Shown: positions 55,320 through 64,000 of the stretch, one piece after another | Layout of the letters: every line of letters starts with the position of its first letter | Position numbering within the stretch: position 1 is the first letter of the stretch | Assembly: GCA_965219925.1 (NCBI GenBank) | Contig: OZ244795.1 | Span: forward strand, 199,395-263,394 | Reading direction: 5' to 3' | From: Dehalococcoidia bacterium | Lineage (GTDB): Bacteria > Chloroflexota > Dehalococcoidia > Lucifugimonadales > UBA3495 | Length of the DNA stretch: 64,000 nt | Program-made: the position numbers and the translations under genes | Notes under the pieces: model-generated | What the model saw: the letters and a program-made list of their open reading frames with translations, nothing else | The model's database searches: none | Told to the model about the DNA's origin: nothing

Positions 55320-55406
55320 TTGAACACTAATCGGCGTTGGCGTCTTAGCTCGTTGCCGCCATACCCGTAAAAGTGCCGAGTTTCCACCGGAGGCGCGTAT
55401 GCACCT

Positions 55407-55620
55407 TTAGCGGCGGCGGAACTCCTGCTCCAGGCGGAGCGTCGAGATCTGCACGGTGGTGGGTCGTCCGTGGGGGCAGCGGTGTGGTTCCGGTGTTTCG
55501 GCCAAGATGAGGCTCTGTTGCGACTGGATGGGCAGATGGACGCTCTGGGTGGACACGCTGATGCTCCTGGTCGCGCGGGACGCGGCCGAATTCTTGCGCT
55601 GGAGTGGCGGAGAGGCCGTC
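55407..55620 (-). pseudogene. mutL: mutL 3'-end remnant 2
   Basis: ..AASRATRSISVSTQSVHLPIQSQQSLILAETPEPHRCPHGRPTTVQISTLRLEQEFRRR-stop. About 80% DNA identity to remnant 1 over ~65 bp around the CPHGRPT codons. Confidence 0.7.
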
Positions 55621-55643
55621 TTGCACCGTTGGTGCCCGTGTTC

Positions 55644-55790
55644 GGCATCTGGTGCCGGGAACGGAACCGGCCGCCCAGCGTCGGCGGCGGCCGGCGTCGC
55701 CTTTAGTCGGCGACGCTTTCATGGTGCCAGCGGCGGCATCCGCCGCTCTACAGTTGGGTGGCATTCACTTTGGGGGCGGATTACTGGGAA
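55644..55790 (+). repeat. H-family repeat, copy H5
   Basis: CCGGCCGC-CCAGCGTCGGCG-GCGGCCGG, then GCGTCGCC-TTTAGTC-GGCGACGC, then TTTCATGGTGCCAGCGGCGG-CAT-CCGCCGCT .. TGGGGGCGG. Confidence 0.6.
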
Positions 55791-55844
55791 TTCTGTCGCC
55801 AATGTCCTATGGGGGAATTACCACAGTTCGCATTGGTTGTTTCC

Positions 55845-56210
55845 TCACTTCAGCAGGCTGTTGCACTCCGGCTGGTAGTGCTTGATCAGGCGATCTTCCA
55901 ATTCGGTTGCCCACTCTGGGCTGTCGGTCAGGCAGACTGCGAACTCAACGTGGTCGCGGTTCAGATACAGCGCGTCGTACAGCCGACGGTTGCTGTGCCG
56001 CTCTTGGGGCGACAGGTGGTCCAACAAGCGAGTTTTGACGCTTTCCCCATCTGCTGACTTGCCAATGTACAGGCAATCGTATGGGCCGTTCCAAATGGCG
56101 TACACGCCCCAACCGTCGGTTACCAGAGCGCGTACTGCGTCTCGGTTGTAGCTCTGCTGATTGCTCTCGAGCCGATGCCGGGCAGTATGGTAAGTAGGCT
56201 CGCCGGACAT
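55845..56210 (-). CDS. GIY-YIG nuclease (121 aa), last gene of the DUF499/DUF1156 operon
   Basis: WGVYAIWNGPYDCLYIGKSADGESVKTRLLDHL ... ELEDRLIKHYQPECN. The ATG lies 6 nt after the methyltransferase stop. Confidence 0.75.
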   Translation of the reverse strand: MSGEPTYHTARHRLESNQQSYNRDAVRALVTDGWGVYAIWNGPYDCLYIGKSADGESVKTRLLDHLSPQERHSNRRLYDALYLNRDHVEFAVCLTDSPEWATELEDRLIKHYQPECNSLLK

Positions 56211-56216
56211 GGTTCA

Positions 56217-59048
56217 CTAGTTCCGCGGGAGTCCTACTTCTCCGATCAGTTGCCGTTCCCTTGGTCGGTTCATTTCCTGCATGATTTCAGACCATGCCGT
56301 TACCACGTTGTTGAACGCAACCGCCCGTTGGGAGTCGTTACGCGAGTTGTAGTGGTCGTACAGGATGCGTGCCAGCCGTTCCACGCTGTCCAACCGGTCA
56401 CCGGCGCGCCGGGCTACGGGGACACAGCCGGCGACGCCCTTACGGTCTTCTCCGGTTTGCATCTGGTACGCCATTCGCATGCAGTCTTCCCAAGCGGTTA
56501 CTTCCTCTCCCGAGGGGTAACTGCGCTTTTCATCGTAGGCGTCGATGTCGTACAGCGCTACTTGGCCTTGGCTGGCGTGGAGCAGTCGGTGGGTTTGCTC
56601 CAGTCGGTCGTCGATGGTGAGGTCGTAGGCGCGGGCGAGGTTTTCGGCGGTGCCGTAGTCTCCCTTGCCGCTGGGGTAGGCCCGCAGCCAGTCTAGGCAG
56701 AAACGGCTTTCGGTGTCCAGTTCGCCGGCTTGCTCTTGCAGGTAGGCGTCCACCGCGTCGTTGATTGCGATGAGCGCCTGGCGCACCGTTACGGTTTCGC
56801 CGGCGAGTGTAGCCACATTCCGGTAGCGGGAATAGATGGCCATGCCGAGGCCAATGGCGGCCTGCCTCAGGTCCACCGGGGCAATGTGCGCCTCCCTGGT
56901 CAACTGATCCAGTTTGGCCGGCATGTCCCGCTCTAACGCGGTGACGAAATCGCCGCGGCTGGCTACAGGCGCGTTTTCTGGTCTGGGGCGGCAGACTAGA
57001 ATGACTGATGAGGCCAAGGTATTTGCGTTCATAGCGTTGGCTCTCACCGACATTTCTGTGCGCATCGGCCAAGTTCCAACAATCTGGAAGCCAGCCTTCA
57101 CTACCGATGTCAGCATGGTCTCCCAACCGGTCGAAGTGACGCCCTCTCGCTCTTGCTCCTGCTGCTTGTACGCATAGAAAATGGACGATGGGAACTCTGG
57201 TGAGCAACGTTCCCTTATCAATTCCAATGTTTGTGCCATCAGATTGTCGAACCTTTGACGGGGGTCTGAAAACCGGGATGGAATGGCCGTAATTTCCTCG
57301 GCTTTGGGCGTGAGGATCCCGGCGAACATATCTGGGTAAATGTCTTGCAGCAGCGGTCGTAGCCAGACGTAATAGAAGTCGGACAGATCGGCGTAGTCGA
57401 TGTTGTCGTAGTAGGGTGGGTCAGTGACGATGATCGGTCCGCCATCGGCATGAATGGTGGTGGCCGCATCAGCCTGATGAGCAACGCCGTTGTTGACATT
57501 GAGCGGCAATCGTTCGATTACCCTTGCGACCCATTCAACTTGTGCCATCCAGTTTTGGGTTGAGTCGGAAAACGGATTCGCTTCAGCAAAATCCCAAACC
57601 ATCGCGATTCGCTGACGCGAAAAAACTCCGGCGACTTTGTCGCCGGAGTTGTGCCAACGGGCGTAACTGCATCCGTTGTCAGCACTCCTGTCGATGGCCA
57701 TTGCCAAATAGGTGACGATGGCGTTGGCGTACTCGGTTCCAGCACCGTCTTCCGTCATGATCTGTCGGATAACCGAAAGCGTTTCACTGAAAGTTGTCAA
57801 CGTGGTTAGTTGCCTTTCAGAAAATAGCTGGTGCCAGTGTGTAACCCCGTACCTTCTGGGGCGCAGCACATTACCGGAGTCGGATGCCGCCTGCTGAGGT
57901 TTCCAATTGGGAGTTGCATCCTCGGCGGCTTGAATATGTTCGTCGGTAGCTGACAGGAACAACCGCTTGCGGTTTCCGGCTGCGACGACGGCCGTCATTT
58001 GCTCACCCATGTTGCCAGAGCGTGCCTGCTCACTAACGTACTCTAACCGAACGGCTCCATTGCAAGCTATGCAGACTGCGCCACTTCGACCAACGGTGCC
58101 GTTGCTTGGAACATCTTTGCTGTTGCTTTGTACCGTATAGGAAACAGCGTTTGTGCCTTGATGTAGCGTCGGCTTTATCCAATGGCGGTTGTTCTTGGAA
58201 AGTTGGAAGGTTTTCAGCAGGGGCATTGCCACGCCGCAGGCAGGGTTGGGGCAGGGCACGGTGCGTGCCCAGAGCCAGGCAATTACCGTGGCCTCGCCAC
58301 CGTCGGGCAACGCAGCCTTAGGGTACAGGTGGCCGATGCGTTCCCAACCCATTTCCCGCATCTTACGTCCATAGTAGCGGATGTCGTCGGCTAATCCGGC
58401 GGCGCCTCGCCATAGAACCTGTTTGGCGCGTTCGCCTTTGCCGACGGTCAGGCCCATAGGGTCGGCGTCGGGGTTCACCGGCGGACGGTTGGCGAATTTG
58501 GGCGGCAGCTCAATCATGGCTTTGGTAATCAGCACGGCTACCGGGTTGAGGTCGGAGCCGACGGCGCGCAGGCCCAGGCGCTGGGCTTCTAGGGGTATTG
58601 AACCGCCGCCACAAAAGGGGTCGTAAATTGGCTTGGCTTGCCGGTTCAGGTAATCGAGCACCGCGGCCGGCGCCGTTGGTGCCGTTTCATCATTGACGCG
58701 GGCTACCGAGCGAGCAATTTCGTAGCGAGCCTCGGCCAGCAAGTTGGCGTCGTTGCTGCTTTCCCACTTGACCAGCCGCTTGATGAGGTCGTGCAGCCGC
58801 TGTCGCTCTGCCCGTTGTACATCCTCAGTGGGGAACTCATCCGCGCAGTCCACGGGGTCGTCCACCAAGCTGGCGAAGATGACGGCGCGGCAGGCGGCTA
58901 GGGGACGGCGTGCCCACCACAGATGCAGAGTTGAGGGGTGGCCGTGACGGATGGACTTCTCCCGCGCCGATTCGGCGTTGATCACGTCCAGCGGTAAGTC
59001 AACTTCGATGAGTTTGCGGCGGTAGGGGAGAACTGCAATACTGACCAC
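56217..59048 (-). CDS. DUF1156-type DNA methyltransferase (N6A/N4C class)
   Basis: RKLIEVDLPLDVINAESAREKSIRHGHPSTLHLWWARRPLAACRAV (DUF1156). IYDPFCGGGSIPLEAQRLG (motif I). IIVTDPPYYDNIDY (motif IV). The start is placed at GTG 59048, preceded by GGAGGTGG; ORF ATG 59096 is the alternative. Confidence 0.85.
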   Translation of the reverse strand: MVSIAVLPYRRKLIEVDLPLDVINAESAREKSIRHGHPSTLHLWWARRPLAACRAVIFASLVDDPVDCADEFPTEDVQRAERQRLHDLIKRLVKWESSNDANLLAEARYEIARSVARVNDETAPTAPAAVLDYLNRQAKPIYDPFCGGGSIPLEAQRLGLRAVGSDLNPVAVLITKAMIELPPKFANRPPVNPDADPMGLTVGKGERAKQVLWRGAAGLADDIRYYGRKMREMGWERIGHLYPKAALPDGGEATVIAWLWARTVPCPNPACGVAMPLLKTFQLSKNNRHWIKPTLHQGTNAVSYTVQSNSKDVPSNGTVGRSGAVCIACNGAVRLEYVSEQARSGNMGEQMTAVVAAGNRKRLFLSATDEHIQAAEDATPNWKPQQAASDSGNVLRPRRYGVTHWHQLFSERQLTTLTTFSETLSVIRQIMTEDGAGTEYANAIVTYLAMAIDRSADNGCSYARWHNSGDKVAGVFSRQRIAMVWDFAEANPFSDSTQNWMAQVEWVARVIERLPLNVNNGVAHQADAATTIHADGGPIIVTDPPYYDNIDYADLSDFYYVWLRPLLQDIYPDMFAGILTPKAEEITAIPSRFSDPRQRFDNLMAQTLELIRERCSPEFPSSIFYAYKQQEQEREGVTSTGWETMLTSVVKAGFQIVGTWPMRTEMSVRANAMNANTLASSVILVCRPRPENAPVASRGDFVTALERDMPAKLDQLTREAHIAPVDLRQAAIGLGMAIYSRYRNVATLAGETVTVRQALIAINDAVDAYLQEQAGELDTESRFCLDWLRAYPSGKGDYGTAENLARAYDLTIDDRLEQTHRLLHASQGQVALYDIDAYDEKRSYPSGEEVTAWEDCMRMAYQMQTGEDRKGVAGCVPVARRAGDRLDSVERLARILYDHYNSRNDSQRAVAFNNVVTAWSEIMQEMNRPRERQLIGEVGLPRN

Positions 59049-59473
59049 AGGGCCACCTCCATACAATGTGTCCACTGGTGCGACGATGATGCGCATCGTC
59101 GCACACTACCGAATGGGCTTTCCACAAGGACTTGCCCTTTTCCCGTTACGATTTGCATACCCCAAACTTCCCCGGCCGTCAAAACATCTGGATGGTTTTG
59201 GAATAGCAACAAGGTTGACGTGGCGATTACTGCTGTGCACTGATTGCACAGAGAGTATTGGCTAGAACGGTAAAGTGTCCAAACGTGTCGGCAGGTCTCG
59301 GCTCTTTTTCGTAATTCTTTGGTAGCCTTGGCGTCGCGTCTGCTCTCGAGCCAGGTGTTGACGTCGAATTTGACCGTTATGCGGATGGTAATTATCGCCA
59401 AAGCGATTGCACCGATATACGCGACGATTTTCCACCACGGCAGGAACAGGGCTTCGAGGATCGTAGGTTCCAT
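58982..59473 (-). CDS. small protein with N-terminal TM helix and CxxxW...CxxC (163-aa ORF, 3' end overlaps the methyltransferase start)
   Basis: WWKIVAYIGAIALAIITIRI hydrophobic helix, then a charged region and CRHVW..CNQC. It sits between the DUF499 and DUF1156 genes on the same strand. The SD is weak. Confidence 0.4.
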   Translation of the reverse strand: MEPTILEALFLPWWKIVAYIGAIALAIITIRITVKFDVNTWLESRRDAKATKELRKRAETCRHVWTLYRSSQYSLCNQCTAVIATSTLLLFQNHPDVLTAGEVWGMQIVTGKGQVLVESPFGSVRRCASSSHQWTHCMEVALWSVLQFSPTAANSSKLTYRWT

Positions 59474-59549
59474 GCGTTTCTGATCCGTAGCGGTAGAGCG
59501 GCAGATTGCGACGGATGCGTTCTTTACGCACTGTATGTTGATGTGATTT

Positions 59550-62500
59550 TCAGGAGGTGATGTCGTCTGTCAGATCAATGCCCAGCATACTGCTGTTGTC
59601 GCGCAGACTGCGGGCGACATTTTCGGAAATCCCGTCGTCGTTGCTGCCAGTCACGATGACTTCTACTGTCACGGCACAGCCGGCGGCGGCCATGATGCGG
59701 GCTATTTCGTCCCGTATGGTCGTGTTGAAATCGTACGAAAATGCTTCCTGTTGGGCTACCGTCTTTCGGGCCACGATGCGTCGGGGGCGGCTCGGCACGG
59801 GCGTAGGCGACGGTGCTTCGTTGCCACTGTTGCTACTGTTTTCAGTGGTTTCGGTGGTTTCATCAGTTTCCTTGCCATTGGTCTCAGCGTCACCTTTGTC
59901 GGCGCTTTCTTCACCGCTCGCAGAGCCATCGTTTTCGTCCAGGTGCAGCTGGGCGATGTCCGGTTCAATGATCAACGTTGAGCCAGACAGGGGAGGAACC
60001 TGGTAAGGAAGGCTGTTTTCGCTGATGCCACGCCGCAGGTTGCGGTATTCATTAGTGGTGACGTCGTAGCCGTCGGCGCGTCCGAAGACACCGGCTTTGA
60101 TGCCCTCGTTCAGGCACTGTTCCAGAACCTGCCTGTTCCGCAGCCGAAGCCCCAGATATACGTTGTGGGTCAGCAGGTCCCACAGTTCGTCAACGGTGAC
60201 GTGATAGCGCGGGTTGGGGCCACTCCAGAGCCGCTCTTGCAATCGCCGGGTAAGCGCTTCGGGCGCCAGCGCGTCAACGAGTAGCTCATCCGCCACGAAT
60301 TTTTGGAAAGCGTTGGCGGCGATGTCGGCTTGTGTGCTGATCTGTCGCCAGTTGTCGGCGTCGTACTCGGCGTTCTGCGGGTTGGGTTGGCTGGGCGCCA
60401 TTGTCCAGCGGTAGGCGTTGCCAAGCGCATTTTGCAGTGCTCTGTTGGCTTCCTTTTGCTGTTCGCTGCTCTGATTGCGGCGGTCGCCGATCAGATTAGC
60501 CACCCGCCGGTTGCCGTTGATGATGGAGTCCCAGGCTATGAATCGCCGGGCGGTGGCGCGCATTTCGCGCACGCCGTCGCTGGACGAGGCTAGGAACAGC
60601 AGGGTGTTAGGGCGAGTGCGCCGAGCCTCGTTGCCGCAGGCATATAACATCGTTTTGGCTGCCTCCGAAGCATGGTCGCTTTCGGCGGAGCGGCTGGGTT
60701 TGGGCTGGTCGGGGCGCAGTATGATCAGTCTAACGAAGTCGTCGTCGCGTACGTCAGCGTGTGACTCCGGGCAGGCGATGACGGCGCGGTCAGAGTTCCG
60801 CTGGTTGAACTCGCTGAGGCGGCGGATGATTTCCGCATCCAGTGCTTCGTTGCCAAGTTCGGCGGCGCGATCATTGGCTACCTTGTTTAGGTTCTCTTCG
60901 GAGTCGAAGTAATAGCGACTGTCGTTGCCCCGGTAGAAATGGTATAGCTCCCCGTCCATGGTCTGAACGGCCTCCGAGTACACGGCGGTACCATGGCCGG
61001 GCATCACTACGCCGAGGTTGACTTGTCGGGCCGTGACGCCGCGAACCGCCTTCTGAGTCGAGCTCCCGAGGAACACGGAGCGTGCTGCACGACGGGCGGC
61101 GCCACCAACGGAGCCGAAGCGTTCTGGCTTCTGCCGGTCAATGGCATGGGTTCGGGAGTTGTCACGGTCCACCTCTGCCACTACTGCGTCCCACTGCGGT
61201 CCCAGCAACCTGACGAACTCTTCGCTTATTGACGCCTCGCTGAAGGGCAAATCGCCCGGCATGATCAGTGGAGCCTGATTGTTGTCGGCACACAACCAGC
61301 TGATGGTCTGCGCCATCATGCGCAACACGCCGCGAGTGCGCTGGAACTGGTGGTACAGCGACCAGTCCTCGTAGAGGCGGTCGAAGATCTCGGGGTGGAT
61401 GGGGTAACACTGGCGCAATCGCTCCAGGTAACGAGTTTCACGAGCTTCGGACGGATAGTCGCCGGCGCCGCGCTGGTACATCCGGTAGAAAGCCTGGCAG
61501 GTATCTTCCCGAGTCGCTTCGTCGCAGTCTTCTTGGAACAACCGCCGCCGCACCACGGCAAAGGCTTCGTCGTTGCTGGCCTGTGCCACCTGGGTGACCG
61601 TCTGCATCCGGTTGAGGATATTTTCTAGCATGGCCATGGCTTCCATGCCGCGCTCGCCGCCGGCTTCGGTTGCAGTAACCGGCAACGTAACGATGAGGGC
61701 CACGTTGTCGCGTCGGCTGACGGCCTCGGTGAGGTTCTGAAAGAAGGTTCCGATGGTATCAAGGTCGGCGTTGCGAGCATAGTTGACAATTTCGTCCATC
61801 AGGATGACGCACGGACCGACGAGTTGGAACATATTGTCCAATTCCTCGCCTCCTGGCGCAGTACCCCGCCGGGCAGCGGTCCCCACAGGTTCGTAGGCGG
61901 CTTGTCCGCCGAGTTGCCAGGCCATCTCGCCCCACAGGGTGTTCAGCGGGTCGCCGGCGTCGGTACGTCGGGTAATCGTTTGCGATAGCCAGGTTCCCTG
62001 TAACACGCAAACCTTCGCGTTCACTCGTTGGTCGGGGTCAACTCCGGCGTCGGTCAGTATTGTGAGGAATTCTGCCTTGGTACTAGCGTCGGGAGCCTCC
62101 GACAGTTCGCTGGCACTGTTCATCAGGTGGTACAGGGCAATCAAACTGTGGGTTTTGCCCCCGCCAAATCCGGTTTTTGTCTGGGTGATGGGGTTGCCGC
62201 CCTTGCCGTTGACGCGCTTGGTAGCGGTCACCAGCAAGTCATGGATCCCGCTGGTGACGTAGGTGCATCGGAAGAACTCCAACGGGTCGCCGTACATCGC
62301 TGGGGCAGTGCCGTCGAAAACTTGCTGGAGGTTAGCAGCGAAGTCGGCTTCCAGGAACGAGCCTTCGGCTACGTCTTCTTTGGGACGCATTGCATCACGC
62401 CATGGCTTTAGCGAGTGGCCGTCGCCATTGCGGTGACCTTGCTCTGTACTGAGCACTAGTGCCGGCTGCGTAGGTTGAGGTTGCTCGGAGCTGCGTATTA

Positions 62501-62960
62501 GTGATTGAATTTCCATCACTTCTTTCGCCTGCTGAGGGCGGTTGATGCTTTCAAGGGCTTCGCTGATGAAGTACAGGTTGGCTTCGGCCTTTTCGGCCGT
62601 GATGTCCTGCCCACTAGTGTCGTGGGCTAGGTCGTTGCGAATGTCCCGTATTGTCCGAAGGCGGTTTCTAGCGGTAGTCGCCTTGGTGAACTGGCTCTGG
62701 AACATGTCGGTCCAATTCTTCTCAACTAGGTTTGGGATAAACCCGATTTCGATGGAGCGAGGCACGTTTCCGTCGTTTTCCCGCATATTGTCGGTAAAGT
62801 CCTGCCTCTGCCGGTCCGCGAGCGAGTTGGCAATCGTCTGTTCTAGGCGGGAACCCGGTTTCTGCCTCAGAACGCGAGCTACGAATTCGCTCATCTCGTC
62901 GCGGTAGATGGCCAATCCCTTACGGAGGACGTCATCGTTTGGGTACTGGGCAGTCGTCAT
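59550..62960 (-). CDS. DUF499 P-loop ATPase with N-terminal Swt1-like HEPN domain (1136 aa)
   Basis: RTIRDIRNDLAHD (Rx4H, nt 62622-62639). Walker A TGFGGGKTHS (nt ~62150-62171). A large alpha-rich body typical of DUF499. GGAG lies 9 nt upstream of the ATG. Confidence 0.8.
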   Translation of the reverse strand: MTTAQYPNDDVLRKGLAIYRDEMSEFVARVLRQKPGSRLEQTIANSLADRQRQDFTDNMRENDGNVPRSIEIGFIPNLVEKNWTDMFQSQFTKATTARNRLRTIRDIRNDLAHDTSGQDITAEKAEANLYFISEALESINRPQQAKEVMEIQSLIRSSEQPQPTQPALVLSTEQGHRNGDGHSLKPWRDAMRPKEDVAEGSFLEADFAANLQQVFDGTAPAMYGDPLEFFRCTYVTSGIHDLLVTATKRVNGKGGNPITQTKTGFGGGKTHSLIALYHLMNSASELSEAPDASTKAEFLTILTDAGVDPDQRVNAKVCVLQGTWLSQTITRRTDAGDPLNTLWGEMAWQLGGQAAYEPVGTAARRGTAPGGEELDNMFQLVGPCVILMDEIVNYARNADLDTIGTFFQNLTEAVSRRDNVALIVTLPVTATEAGGERGMEAMAMLENILNRMQTVTQVAQASNDEAFAVVRRRLFQEDCDEATREDTCQAFYRMYQRGAGDYPSEARETRYLERLRQCYPIHPEIFDRLYEDWSLYHQFQRTRGVLRMMAQTISWLCADNNQAPLIMPGDLPFSEASISEEFVRLLGPQWDAVVAEVDRDNSRTHAIDRQKPERFGSVGGAARRAARSVFLGSSTQKAVRGVTARQVNLGVVMPGHGTAVYSEAVQTMDGELYHFYRGNDSRYYFDSEENLNKVANDRAAELGNEALDAEIIRRLSEFNQRNSDRAVIACPESHADVRDDDFVRLIILRPDQPKPSRSAESDHASEAAKTMLYACGNEARRTRPNTLLFLASSSDGVREMRATARRFIAWDSIINGNRRVANLIGDRRNQSSEQQKEANRALQNALGNAYRWTMAPSQPNPQNAEYDADNWRQISTQADIAANAFQKFVADELLVDALAPEALTRRLQERLWSGPNPRYHVTVDELWDLLTHNVYLGLRLRNRQVLEQCLNEGIKAGVFGRADGYDVTTNEYRNLRRGISENSLPYQVPPLSGSTLIIEPDIAQLHLDENDGSASGEESADKGDAETNGKETDETTETTENSSNSGNEAPSPTPVPSRPRRIVARKTVAQQEAFSYDFNTTIRDEIARIMAAAGCAVTVEVIVTGSNDDGISENVARSLRDNSSMLGIDLTDDITS

Positions 62961-63066
62961 TTAGAAATCTCCGAAAAATCAGGGTCTTGGCCGCTGTAGC
63001 GGCTTGGCCGGCTGGAGGAGGTAATTCTGCAGAGTGGTGGGAGCCTCAAGCGAATTGATCGCGCTG

Positions 63067-63075
63067 ATTGTAGCA
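63067..63075 (-). promoter_or_regulatory. candidate extended -10 promoter (TGcTACAAT) for the DUF499 operon
   Basis: The minus strand reads GGTGCTACAATCAG ~105 nt upstream of ATG 62960. The -35 is poor. Confidence 0.3.
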
Positions 63076-63673
63076 CCAGACCATGGAATGTGGCGTTTGC
63101 GCCTTCGAATGGAGTATTCGGAGTATTCACTGTTGGCGACCAGCGGCAGCAGCGTCCGCTGTGTGGCGGTTTTCAGGCGCGGCGGGGCGGTGTTGATGGT
63201 TCCGCAGCTGTTGGCGTTTTCCTTTCGACCCTGCGCGGTTTGGGCATTCGGACGCCTGGCGACGCCGGATACGCTGCCGGCCTGGCGACGCGCTGGAGCT
63301 GGTCCCCGTGCCAGCCGCAGGCGACGCCGTGCTACGTCTGGACACTCTTTCCTGCCATAAGGCCAAGGCAAACGCCGGGGAATGCCCTAAATTCTTGCGC
63401 TGGGGACACGCGGGGGCGCTTAGCGAGACCGTAAGGGTTATCTGCCTTGAGGCTGGGAACGATCCGCACAGCGCCTCTGGTGCAGCATCATGCGGTTGCT
63501 GGCCGGCAATGGTGTACGTGGGGAGTTCTGACGAACTCGTGAGGAGAGGCTGTTACTGCTGCGGCATCTCACCGCATTGCGGTTCTGCACGCGGGCCTGC
63601 CGTCGTCGTTGCCGGCCATTACTGCGTAGTCGCCCACGCGGGCGTCGCCCTACGCTCGACCAGCTACGTTGAT

Positions 63674-64000
63674 TCAGGCATCCTTTTTGCTACTTCGTTT
63701 GGGCGGATGGTGTCCACCGGGCGGGACTCCCAACGTCGCCAAGGCGCTTTCGATGATTTCGTCGCTGAACCCTGCTTCCTGCAACCCTTGGACGCAGTGG
63801 ACTTTTTCCTCCTCGGAAGGTGCCGGTATCCGGTAATCGGCTCCAATGTTGTAGTAGGTGTCGGGGTCGTGGCCCAGGTGTTCGAGCACGTTGCAGGTCA
63901 CGGCTGGCGAGAATTCTTCCTCGCGCAGACGACGGGACAGGAACCTGGCTCCGTTGCCGGTGAGCCATCTGGACCTGATCCCGCATCGCTGGAGCAGGAG
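63674..64000 (-). CDS. 3' part of an unidentified gene running off the window
   Basis: The frame is open from base 64000 to the stop at 63674: ..GNGARFLSRRLREEEFSPAVTCNVLEHLGHDPDTYYNIGADYRIPAPSEEEKVHCVQGLQEAGFSDEIIESALATLGV. I recognise no family. Confidence 0.4.
   Translation of the reverse strand, partial: LLLQRCGIRSRWLTGNGARFLSRRLREEEFSPAVTCNVLEHLGHDPDTYYNIGADYRIPAPSEEEKVHCVQGLQEAGFSDEIIESALATLGVPPGGHHPPKRSSKKDA

Noticed and set aside
63170-63420. Possible third mutL remnant or H-family copy upstream of the DUF499 operon (shared AATTCTTGCGCTGG, GGGGCGGTGT, GGCGACGCCGG)
   Set aside because: The shared strings are short and in an order and orientation inconsistent with either element. No frame gives a MutL-like peptide.
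63950-64000. Plus-strand ..ASLEQE at the window end, resembling the MutL tail LRLEQEF
   Set aside because: No CPHGRPT codons precede it. The minus strand carries a longer, more coherent open frame across the same bases.

Overview
High-GC bacterial window with no rRNA, tRNA or CRISPR array found. It falls into three zones. (1) 1-11 kb is accessory DNA. It holds a 5'-truncated SF2 helicase with a HIRAN-like tail, IS debris, a retropepsin-like protease, a polyprenol-kinase-like membrane protein, and a minus-strand block of an ApeA-like HEPN protein, two unknowns and a Cas4-like Fe-S nuclease. (2) 11-41 kb holds a fused GAF-PAS-histidine kinase-REC-OmpR regulator beside seven very large secreted or lipoprotein repeat proteins (LRR, FN3, cadherin-like, Calx-beta-like, vWA, propeller-like repeats, one HExxH protease). 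Four of these genes share an unrecognised ~110-aa two-cysteine domain. The two plus-strand giants are preceded by a duplicated ~355-bp promoter module with a Pho-box-like array of four phased TCAC repeats. (3) 41-64 kb is a lower-GC defence island embedded in IS, MITE and repeat debris. It contains a TIR gene (frameshifted), two GIY-YIG nucleases, an overlapping two-gene cassette of unknown function, DUF4238, an Mrr-like nuclease, and a GmrSD type IV enzyme flanked by two mutL 3'-end remnants. It ends with an operon of HEPN-DUF499 ATPase, small TM protein, DUF1156 methyltransferase and GIY-YIG nuclease. Many decayed paralog fragments indicate frequent duplication and rearrangement. All family assignments come from motifs read by eye; no searches were run.
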